A stretch of DNA of 64,000 bases from Octopus sinensis. Its lineage: Eukaryota. Shown here in pieces: positions 47,872 to 59,740 of this stretch; within the stretch, counting starts at the first letter, position 1, and the number at the start of each line of letters is the position of its first letter. Position numbers and translations under genes: made by a program. A model generated the notes under the pieces. The model was given only the letters and a program-made list of their open reading frames with translations, ran no database searches and was not told the origin of the DNA. The stretch is taken from assembly GCF_006345805.1 (NCBI RefSeq), contig NC_043004.1, positions 91,264,001 through 91,328,000 on the forward strand, written 5' to 3'.

Positions 47872-48143
47872 AATAAAAACATTGTGTAGAGTGCTCAGGT
47901 GCACTACAACCCATCTAAAATCACTTTAATGACTTTATCAAGTGGTCAGCATGTAATAAAAACCTCATAGGTAATTTCTATACACTATATTTATAATCAT
48001 ATACATAAGCATTTCCACTCGCTAAACATAGACGCCAAATTGCGCTAAAACCACCTTAGAGATATAAGGTGGTTTTTAGTGCCATTTGGCGTTTATGTTT
48101 GGCGTATGGAAAGGTTTTCCGATCCCTTTGATATAATTATGTA

Positions 48144-48193
<50 letters not shown>

Positions 48194-48418
48194 TGTCGCC
48201 ATGACCGCTTGACAACGAGTGCTGGTATGTTTAAGTCCCCGTAACTTAGCGGTTCGGGAATACAGACCGATAGAATAAGTACTAGGCTTAAAAAAGAATA
48301 TATATATATATATAAAATTTAACGGACTGACCACTAAAAGTGGACCGTGAATATGCTAGATATAGACGTCAAAATCGCTATTTTCCACGAAGAATGTGTT
48401 ATATATATATATGCATAT

Positions 48419-48492
<74 letters not shown>

Positions 48493-48831
48493 CGTGCGTG
48501 TATCTTTGTCTCACACCACCGCTTGACAACGGCATAAAAGACCGCTAGAATAGATAAATTAACAAATATACAAGTAAGTACAGGGGTCGATTCGCTCGAC
48601 TAAAATCCATCAAGTCAGTCGGTTCCTCCAGCGGGACCGCAGTCTAATGACTGAAGCAAGTAAAAGATATATATATGTGTGTGTGTATAAAACTATAAAA
48701 CTGTCAAATAAAGATATTGATCCTTTGTTAAACTGTTAAACTTTACGGTGCAAAATGCTTTGGACAAAACACAGCAAAAGTCACAGATAGACAGACGAAC
48801 ATTACTAAACAGTGAATACGAAAAGCCATAC

Positions 48832-48900
48832 ATATCTGCAGCTTGGGGCTATGAGGTGATGCCGTAAACCCTTAAAACAAAGTTCTCAGTGTTTCAATAA
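48832..48900 (-). CDS. IFT74: IFT74 probable first exon (5'UTR plus the 'AT' of a split ATG start codon); 5' boundary unknown
   Basis: Minus strand reads ...GCTGCAGATAT|gtatgg (donor at 48831). AT plus the first G of exon 42228-42286 gives ATG in frame. There is an in-frame TAA upstream with no intervening ATG, and an X-box-like motif about 140 bp upstream. Inference. Confidence 0.5.
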
Positions 48901-48968
48901 CTTTGATAACGTGTTGCTAGTTGGATGGTAGTCAAGTTGCATGATGGGATAACTACTAAACAATCTCC

Positions 48969-48983
48969 GTTGCTAATGATAAC
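48969..48983 (-). promoter_or_regulatory. RFX X-box-like motif in the probable IFT74 promoter
   Basis: Minus strand GTTATC-ATT-AGCAAC has one mismatch to GTNRCC(N0-3)RGYAAC. An additional GTTGCTAG half-site lies at about 48913. IFT genes are established RFX targets. Confidence 0.5.
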
Positions 48984-51540
48984 AGAGATAACTCTTCACG
49001 TCCTAGCTCTTAGTGCTTTTATGAGTTACCTCCCTTTAACTACATGCATTTTTTAAACATATGGCACAAGGTTTACTAAGTTGGTCAGTCAATACCTATT
49101 TCTTTATTACCTACAAGGGGCTAAACATAGAGGGGACAAACATGGACAGACATAGGTATTAAGTTGATTACATCGATCCCAGTGCGTAACTGGTACTTAA
49201 TTTATCGACCCCGAAAGGATGAAAGGCAAAGTTGACCTTGGCGGAATTTGAACTCAGAACGTAACGGCAGCCGAAATACCGCTAAGCATTTCGCCCGACG
49301 TGCTAACGTTTCTGCCAGCTCGCCGCCTCACCGTCGTCCCTAGCAAAGAAGGTTGACTTTGGCAGAATTTGAGCTCAGAATGCAAAAAGTCAAAATAAAT
49401 ACTGCCATGATGATTCTGCCAGCTCACTGCTCTTAATAATGGCTTATGATTTAGGCACAAGGCCTGCTGTCATGAGGGAGGGGTAGTGGCTACCAACGAC
49501 CTCGTACTTGACTGGTACTGTATCTTCTCGACCCTGAGGGATGAAAAGCAAACTTGACTTCGACAGGATTTGAACACAGAATGTAAAGGGTTGGAACAAA
49601 TACCGCTTTGTATATATATATTTTTTTTTTCGGAAAGCTTTCGGCACATGGTCAATTATTTTGAAGGAAGGTGTCAGTAGTTGTCTTTGACTTGAGAACT
49701 TGATTGGTACTTTATTATAGCTACCCTGAAGGGATGAAAGACAAAGCGTTTGAACTCAGATTGTAGAAAACCGAAACAAACGCCAAAAGGAATTTTGTCC
49801 GACACTCTAACAATTCTGTCCAAAGATGATATAAATTCATCTGCTGCTGGGAGGTGGGTATTTTTGGTTTTTGACATTCAGGAGGGTCTCCCTCCCCTAC
49901 TCTTTTTTTAAATAAAAATTCTAGTTTCTTCTTTCTTCTTGAATAACAGGTAACATTTATTAAATTACTCTACAAAAGTATAGAGTAGCCTATTACATTC
50001 ATGCAAAATTGTTTACTATCACTGAGCGTAATAACAAACATTAATATATATATATATACGCAGGAGTGGCTGTGAGGTAAGTAGCTTGCTTACCAACCAC
50101 ATGGTTCCGGGTTCAGTCCCACTGCGTGGCACCTTGGGCAAGTGTCTTCTACTATATTGACTGTGGCCATGATACAGCACTACCTTAAAGGGCTTGGGTT
50201 TTAGTTGAACAAATCAACCCCAGGACTTATTCTTTGTAAGCCTAGTACTTATTCTATTGGTCCTTTTTTGCTGAACTGCTAAGTTATGGTAATGTAAACA
50301 CAACATTGGTCGTCAAGTGATGGTGGCAGGAGGGGACAAACACAGACACAGACACACATGGATACACACTTTCGGGGTTGATAAAATAAGTATCAGTTGA
50401 GCGCAAGGGTCAATGTAATCACCCCAATTCCCGAAATTTCTGGCCTTGTACCAAAATTTGAAACCAATATTAGAAAAGTGAAAAGCTTACAATATTAAAG
50501 GTTCTGTTTACAGGTTACAAATATCAGGGGACTTATAAACAGTTGCTATGATTGGGGATCAGTAAACAGGTTGTTACATAAGAGGAGCTTTTACCGGTTG
50601 TTACATTGGAGGATCATTAGTTGTTATATTAGGGGATGAGTGAACAGCTTACTTTTTTTATAAAAATCAGTAAACACATTGTTATATTAAGAGATGAAAA
50701 GAAGGTGGCAGACTGGCACAGACGTTAGCATGCCAGGCGGTATTTCGTCTGTCGCTACGTTCTGAGTTCAAATTCCGCCAAGGTCGACTTTGCCTTTCAT
50801 CCTTTCGGGGTCGATAAATTAAGTACCAGTTACGCACTGGGGTCGATGTAATCGACTTAATCCATTTGTTTGTCCCCTTGTGGGTAGTAAAGAAATAGGT
50901 ATTTTATCTGTCTTTACATTCTTAGTTCAAATTCCACTGTGGTCGATTTTGCCTTTCATTCTTTTGGGATTGATAAATTAAGTACCAGTTGTATACTGAG
51001 GTCGATCTAATCGACTGGCCCCCTTCCCCAAAATTTCGTGCCTTGTGCCTAGAGTAGAAAAGAAGTGATAAATGACAAGGTTGCTGTTAATACAAATACT
51101 TAAACTATGTTCTGACCATATAAGGGCCAGGGTAAGAAAAGGCTGGAAAAAGTCCAGGGATCTGATACTTATTTTATCAACCCCGAAAGGATGAAAGATA
51201 AAGTCAACTTCAGTGGAATTTGAACTCAGAACGTTAAGACGAATGGAATGCCACTAAGCATTTTGTCTGATGTGCTAATAATTCTGCCAGCTCATAGCCT
51301 CTGCTGGTAACAAAGGGTTTCTCACTCAGTCAAAGGTAGATTTTATGAGGCTTATGAATGAACTGCATTGCTTTTCTCTCCCTGTGATCACCAGACGAGG
51401 CAAAGGAAACTATTTGACCTTCTTGCCACAGCTTGTACATTGTGGCTCGAACTAGCACTGCTCATCTGCAGCATTGTCAGGCTAGAGAATCCTGAAAGTT
51501 GTCCAGAGTCCCTGGAATCATCAATTTTGTTGATTATTGT

Positions 51541-51800
51541 TAAGTTAAGTTAATTTTTTTGGCTCAAAAAGCAAAAAGCAAGGCCATGTAAGGGGGACAT
51601 GGAGTTATGTACAGGGTGGTGTTCATGCAAAGAGTTCAGGCCATTTGTGGTCAAGGGAGACTTTGAACCGAGCGGTCGTCGGCATCTTCACTATCTCATC
51701 CGGCAGCTTATTCAACGGATCTGCAACCCGGACGGAGAAAGCCCCTCTCCTTCGATTGAGATGAAATCGTCACAGATAGAGCTTTTCGGAGTGACCCTGC
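51541..51800 (-). mobile_element. Young CR1/L2-group LINE 3' end
   Basis: Reverse complement of the same 3' end and tail. Confidence 0.88.
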
Positions 51801-53487
51801 AGCTGATGATTTTGTGTGTGTGTGGTGCGCGTGCATGTGTGTGTGTGTGTGTTTTGAGTCTGGAACTATCATGGGTAATCGGTAATCCTGATACTTTCTG
51901 AATAGCACACCTATTAAAAAGTTTTTTTAGGAGTGTGGCCAACCTGATGATGAGTCATATCTTGGCCTGATTCCCCCCAAAAGTTATCCATGTCATTCTA
52001 GAGGAAGGGACAGTGCCCATGGTCTTTGCAGGCTATTCAAGACCAGTGAGTATGATGCTGTTAATACTCTGCTTAATCTATTGCAGATCAACATCCCCAA
52101 GAAAGCCATGAGCAGAAAGAAGATGACAGAAGGTCAATGTTCCAGAGGAGAAGAACCAGGTATATTGGTTATAACAGAACTGGGGGGAGTGAGATTTGTC
52201 AAAGCAACAAGGTTGATGAGAGGTGGAGAGACACGTGGATCAGGTTTGCCTGAGTGGAGGAAGTACAAAACCAACAAGCTAAGGAACAGAGACCATTAGA
52301 GAATGCTGGTGCTCTTGCCAACCAGTAGCCCACTGTAGTGTGCAAGGGTTGACTTACCACGAGCCATGTTACCTGACTGCTAGAGAAGTGTGAGCACTTG
52401 ACAACATTCCAGATGCTAATAATAATAATAATAATCATCATCATCATCATCATCATCACCCTATTCAACACATCTTATTCATAAATAGATCTGCACACAT
52501 GCGCACAAGCCTTCATCATTAGCACAGTTATGTATAATTCCTGGGTCTGTTTGAAAGCAGATATAGAGAAGAAACATTGATGGAAATGGTTATTGTATGA
52601 TGCTGTAGACATATAAACATATATTCAGCACATAGTGAGGAACTAAGGAATTTTGGTTGTCTTAATCACTTTCGGTGAGTTAGTAGACAACATACACCAG
52701 CTAGCATCTCTTAGCACAAATATTTACCAACTAACTGATAGGTGTGCACTAAAAATACTCTTCTAAAAATACGTTGCCAACAACATATTTCGTGTGAAGA
52801 ACATGCATACATACATATATACATACATATATACATATATACATGCATATACACCCATACATAGATACATACATACATACATGCAAACATAAATACATGC
52901 AAACATACATACATACATACATACATACATACATACATACGTACATTCATACGTACATTCATACATACATACATACATATACACCCATACATAAATGCAT
53001 ACATACATCCATACAAACATACATACATGCAAACATACATATGTGTGTGTGTTTGTGTGTATGCTTCTGCATGTGCCATTTTACACATACACATGTGCAC
53101 GTGCGTGCGCAAACACACAAACACACACACACACACACACACACATACAACAAACAGTCTAGTTATGCTTAATACATATGTACACGTGTATATGTGAATG
53201 TGTACATGACTATATGTGTGTGTGAATGCGTGTGTATGTGTATGTTTGTATGTATATTTATATATAGATGACCGAATCGGCAGAGCATCAGCAGAATATC
53301 TCGTAGAGCAGTAGCATTTGGTTTCATCTTTTGCAATCCGACCCAGACCAAGTTTGCCTTTCGTCCTTCTGAGTTCTATAGGCTACATACACCAGGGTCG
53401 CTATAGCTAACTACATTAGACTGTGTTGCCCCAACAGGACCACAATCCAATGACCAAAATCAACAAATGATTACATAGATCTCATGT

Positions 53488-53875
53488 GGAGGCGCAATGG
53501 CCCAGTGGTTAGGGCAGCGGACTCGCGGTCGGAGGATCGCGGTTTCGATTCCCAGACCGGGCGTTGTGAGTGTTTATTGAGCAAAAACACCTAAAAGCTC
53601 CACGAGGCTCCGGCAAGGGATGGTGGTGATCCCTGCTGTACTCTTTCACCACAACTTTCTCTCACTCTTTCTTCCTGTTTCTCTTGTACCTGTATTTCAA
53701 AGGGCCAGCCTTGTCACACTCTGTGTCACGCTGAATCTCCTCGAGAACTACGTTAAGGGTACACGTGTCTGTGGAGTGCTCAGCCACTTGCACGTTAATA
53801 TCACGAGCAAGCTGTTCCGTTGATCGTATCAGCTGGGACCCTCATTGTCGCAACCGACGGAGTGCTCCTACCTAC
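53488..53875 (+). mobile_element. Full-length tRNA-derived SINE with 16-bp TSD
   Basis: Head GGAGGCGCAATGGCCCAGTGGTTAGGGC...GGTTTCGATTCCC (A and B boxes). TSD TACATAGATCTCATGT at 53472-53487 and 53876-53891. Confidence 0.9.
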
Positions 53876-56217
53876 TACATAGATCTCATGTACACACACA
53901 CACACATGTGTCTTAGATCTTAGATCTGCCATGAGTCTTCAGACACATTAGGGCAGATCTTTCCTGGTTGGTTTCCATGGCATATAATCACCCTAATGAC
54001 CCAAACAAGGCCCAACTCTGCTGCTGGGTGAAACCTTGCTGTTTGCTCATACTCATTTTCAGCCTTGCAGGGTGAAGCAATGTGAAATGAAGTGTCTTGC
54101 TTCAGAGCAGAACATGCTGCCTGATCTGGAAATGGAAACCACAACTTTATGATTGAGAATTCCAAACCCTAACCACTAAGCTATATGCCATCAAATGTGT
54201 TAAGGGAGAGTGATTACATCAATATTCATAACACATACACTGATTCAGTTCCACTCCTTTATCATTTGTCAATTTTTCTATGTTCTTTACTTCTCCAGAG
54301 TTAATTTTAGAATAAATAAAGAAAGAAACCATTCCTGTAAAAAAGAAACTCGTAGACACAAAGAAATCTCAAGAATCATAGTGAAAATAAACAAATAAAT
54401 CAGAAAGTTATTAAAAAAATTGACAACATATAGGCGTAGGAGTTGCTGTGTGGTAAGTAGCTTGTTTACCAACCACATGGTTCTGGGTTCAGTCCCACTG
54501 CGTGGCACCTTGGGCAAGTGTCTTCTACTATAGCCTTGGGCCGACCAAAGCCTTGTGAGTGGATTTGGTAGACGGATACTGAAAGAAGCCCATCGTATAT
54601 ATGTATATATATACATGTGTTTGTGTGTCTATGTTTGTCCCCCTAGCATTGCTTGACAACCGATGCTGGTGTGTTTACGTCCCCGTTATTTAGCAGTTCG
54701 GCAAAAGAGAGCGATAGAATAAGTACTGGGCTTACAAAAAGAATAAGTCCCGGGGTCGAGTTGCTCGATTAAAGGCGGTGCTCCAGCATGGCCGCAGTCA
54801 AATGACTGAAACAACTAAAAGAGTAAAAGAGTAACAAAAGAATGAATAATAAGGGAAAAGAAATGGAAAAAATAAATACAAGGGAGGAAAAGAAACAAAG
54901 AAAGAAGAAAAAGTAGATAAGCAAAGAATAAGGTTTATGGAGGTGTGTATGTCTATACAGATATACAAATGTGCATACCAAGTGTGTGTGCTTGGTGAAG
55001 TTAGTCACATGAAAATAGTATGGCCCAGTTATATAGCAGCTGCTTCCCAAAATGTCTACACTTTCTCCAAATTTCAGCTCTAATATTCAAATAGTGAAAG
55101 ATCATTGTCTGTAAATTTTTTGGGATAAGGCATTTCTCTGCTGTACAAAGGTCACTTCTTTTTATTTTCATTCTTGTGATTATAGAGAAATCATTCTTTG
55201 ATAATTTTTATTGGTGTTGTAATGGAAGCTTTTTATAATAATTGCTAGATGTAGTCAGCTAATTTTGTTGCATTTCTCTTTTCAATTTGCCTACACAAAA
55301 AAATATAGTGGTAAAGCCTTTCTTTGAACTCCCTTCCAGTTAGGTCAATGTATTGTTTATGTACCACATTGATGTTTGGTAACTTCGGCTTCATAAATAA
55401 TGGCTTCTAGACTGAAAAACATATTTAATGGGTATGCATTGATATTTCTCATGAGCATACAGACACAGCGTTTTTAAGGGAGAGAGTTTGTATGTAATAA
55501 AATGTTCTTTATATCTGTGACACAACTATAGCTTAATTTAAGATTATGCCTTTTCAATAACTTTCTATATTTATGATTGGTTTGGAGTGTTTGTCTGTTA
55601 TGGTAAAAGGTACTTTTATGATATTAGGTTCAACATTCAATAAAAAGTAAAGAGGGAGATTTTATGATATTACAGCTCTTTATCTTAGCTGAGGCAAGAG
55701 ACAGGTAAGTAATTCTGTCATAGAATTCAATATACATCTGTTAATATCTATGCGTGTGTATATATGTGAGTGCATGCATACATATATAAATCCATATATA
55801 CATACATGCATGTCTATATATGTGTGTATATACACACACACACATACCTATATGCATATACATAGGCATACATGTACATGACACACACATCTATGTATAC
55901 ACTCACATACACATAATAGCTATAATGTGTATGGTTGAGGCCCTACTTGTAAATGTCATGTACATGTGCGTATGTGTGTTTGTGGCATGCATGTGCAGTA
56001 TGTGTATATACAAATGTATAAAGAAATGTATATGTATATGTGTGTGTGTTTGTGTATGCATGTATTTGTGTGTGTGTGTTATATGCATCTGTTTGTGTAT
56101 GTATGTATGTATGTATGTATGTATGTATGTATGTATACATGTATGCATGCCTGCATGTACGTACATATGTATGTATGCATGCATGTATCATTGTATGTAT
56201 CTATCTCTCCATCTATA

Positions 56218-57381
56218 CATGGTGCATAAGGTATTTGAGGACATAACCTTTTTGGTTCATTGCTGCATTCTTTGCTTACTCTGTATAATCTTTGTTTCAG
56301 AAAATAATAATGGCAGACCCTCAGCTTACTCAAGAAATGAAGAGGCATGCTGATATTGTGGTTATAAAGGCTGAGCATAGCGAGTTAGAAATATCTAAAT
56401 TTTTAAAAGTTGCCAGATCTTTCATCGACAAAGTTTGTAAGAAGCTAGAGACTGAAAATGGAAATGTATCACCAGTATCAAAGCATAAAAAGTATTCTAA
56501 ATGCTCTGAAATCACCAGGACACCTGAATTTATCCAGCAAGTTCAACAGACCATTGATTACCATCCCATTGACGTCCATGAGGTCAATTACAAAAGATCT
56601 CCATGTGTCAGAAGGAACAGTCAGAAATGTTGCCCACAAAGACATCTTATATGATGAAGAAAGGTCAATTTGTCAGAAGAAGCAAAAGAAAATCACTTCA
56701 GATCTAAAAGGCTCTTAAACAATCTGAAAACTCCAGCAGAAGAAGATTTGATTTAGTTTTTCTCAAATGAGAAAAACTTCAACCAAGATCAAAAAGTTAA
56801 CAGAAGAAATGACAGATGGTTATGTGCAGACCCTTCTGAAGTTCCAAGTGTTATGCATACAAAATTTCCAGCAACTGTCATGATTTTAAGGGTTGTTAGC
56901 AATGAAGGACATGTGATGCCTCCTTACTTCTTTCCACAAGGAAATAATTAAGCCCGGGATAGACAGTGTATGCAATGGAAGACCATATGTGTTTCAGTAA
57001 GACTATCACACATGGCTCTAGTAACACAGGAATGAATGGCTGAAAATTTTCATGATCACATAGCCCTTAACATTTGGCCTCCTAATTCCCCAGATCTCAA
57101 TCCATTGGACTATTACATGAGAAGCATTGTTGAGAGAGAGGTCAATGAACATGCCCATAACACCAAAGGTTCTTTGAAAGCTGCCATAGTCAGATTAATG
57201 CCCAATATGAACTGGGACCAATTGATCTGAGCATGTAGATGATTTAGATCTCATATAGAAACAATTGTTGAAGCTGAACGTGGCTTTATTGAATGACATT
57301 ATAGAAAAGAAGGTTTATTTTTATCCTCATAGCATTTTTTGATAAAGTTATTATCTGTCCTCTAATATCTTACGCACCCTG
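56218..57381 (+). mobile_element. Tc1/mariner (maT/DD37D-like) element with both TIRs, internally deleted and frameshifted
   Basis: TIRs CATGGTGCATAAGGTATTTGAGGACA / revcomp CAGGGTGCGTAAGATATTAGAGGACA with TA flanks. Peptides FSNEKNF and WPPNSPDLNPLDYY. Confidence 0.85.
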
Positions 57382-57419
57382 TACATACATGCATACAAAG
57401 ACACATACACACAATATGT

Positions 57420-57660
<241 letters not shown>

Positions 57661-58186
57661 CATGGCAATGGTTGACTGACAGTTGTCTGGAAGATTCTCA
57701 GAAAGTTATTTACCCAAGAAATTATCGAGATGTTTCCTTAACTTTGTTCTAGAATGATTTTGAAAGTTTACGTGGGATGATCTGGCTCTGAATTCAGCCT
57801 ACTTTTCTCTGAACTGTTGTTACCAGTATTTCAAATCAAAATATGATGGATGCCAACACTGGTAGAATATAGTATGACTCAGAGGAGAGGAAACAGAGAG
57901 AGAGAGAGAGAGGGAGAGAGAGAGAGAGAGGTGAACAGGAGGGGAAGAATGAGAGGAGGAGGAGGGAGAGAGAGCAGCAGACAGACAGATATACAGAGAA
58001 ACAAAAAGTTAGATGGAGCCAGAAAGACAGAGAAAAGGGGAAAGGGAGAAAAAGAGATGGGAGAAAAAGAAATAATATGAATGATATGGTTATTTATTGT
58101 TATTGCTGCTACTGTTGTTGCTGTTGTTGTTATTATTATTGTTACTGTTGCTGTTGTTGTTGTTGTTATTATTATTATTGAGTGAG

Positions 58187-58722
58187 AGAGCAGTGCATCC
58201 CATCTAAGTGACACTGGGGTACAAATATACGAAGCCCAGTATACCCATCATGACTACCTGTCTGATAAGGGTACACCAGGCACATGCATCACAACCATAT
58301 GTGCGTGACATGGTGATCTCATATCAAGATAAACAGCACATGACCTTGCAGGTGGGGCCCAGTTAGAATTTTGTTCTGGTCGAGTAACCCATCCCGCTCA
58401 AAAGGTCCCAAAAGGGTTGTTTAAGGATGTTGAACAAAATACCCATGTTTCCAGAGGTGAATTATTCAAACCCCAAAGAATCCCTCTCAACACATGGCTA
58501 TGATGCTCCCCTACTACTTCTGCTCATGATCAGAGATGCACATATCATCAGCCACTAAGGGACATAGTCAACTGGTTAAGGTCAAACAATTGACAAGCAA
58601 ATCTGTGGCATTGAGCAGAATATTTGCTGTAGCCCATCTTTTATACCAAGACAAAACAATACATGATAACACTTCCAATCAGTTAAGATCAGAAGCCACG
58701 AGAGCCACTGCCTGATACTGCA
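58187..58722. repeat. Unclassified ~540-bp dispersed repeat (also 18290-18835 and 60012-60510)
   Basis: Three colinear copies beginning GAG(T/C)GAGAG..CAG next to (TTA)n. The 60012 copy is split by a family B SINE with TSD TAGGTATACC. Confidence 0.75.
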
Positions 58723-58763
<41 letters not shown>

Positions 58764-59625
58764 TATTATTATTATGAAGAAGGTGGCAAACTGGTAGAAT
58801 TGTTTACACTTGAGACAAAATGCTTAGTGACATTTTGTCCATCTTTACAATCTGAGCTCAAATTCTATCAAGATCAATATTGCTTTTCATCCTATCGGAA
58901 TTGCTAAAATAAGTACCAGTACATCCTCTGCCCTCGAATTGCTAGCCCTATGCCAAAATTTGAAATCCTAATTATCATTATTGATGTTGTTATTCTTTTC
59001 CACTGTAGGCACAAGGCCTGAAATTTTGGGGGAGGAGACAGTTGATTAGATTGACCCCAGTGCGCAACTGGTACTTAATTTATCACCCCTGAAAGGATGA
59101 AAGGCAAAGTCAACCTCATTCAAATTCCGTTGAGGCTGACTTTGCCTTTCAGCCTTTCAAGATTGATAAAATTACACTGGGGTCAATGTAACTGACTTAT
59201 CCACTTCCCCAAAACTGCTGGCCTTGCGCCAAAATTTGAAAACATTATTATTATTGTTATTATTATTTAAATTTTTATTATAGTTGTTGTTTTTGTTGTT
59301 GTTCAACGTTGGTAGTTTCAGGCAAATTTCTACTGCATCATCTGCTGCACCTCTGTGTTGCTGGGGTGTGTGCAAAATTGCGCGTTCTTTTCTTTTGTTG
59401 GAGTGTGCAAACACCTCCTGGTATGGTATTACATCAGTTTTTTTTTTCCTTTTGAGGTGTGGTGCAGTCTCTTGTTGTATTACAGTTTGTATTGTGCCTG
59501 GAGTGTGTAATGCATTGGTTAATTAGGTTGCTGGTGGGAGTTTATTTCATTGGATAATTGCTTTGCCGATGGTCTTGATTTTGTGAATTGTTTTGTTTAG
59601 GTTGTATTATGAAATTTATTATTAC

Positions 59626-59666
<41 letters not shown>

Positions 59667-59679
59667 TATTATTATTATT

Positions 59680-59740
<61 letters not shown>

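Noticed and set aside
53488-53565. tRNA gene
   Set aside because: A and B boxes are present, but it is the head of a TSD-flanked SINE and lacks a proper acceptor stem.
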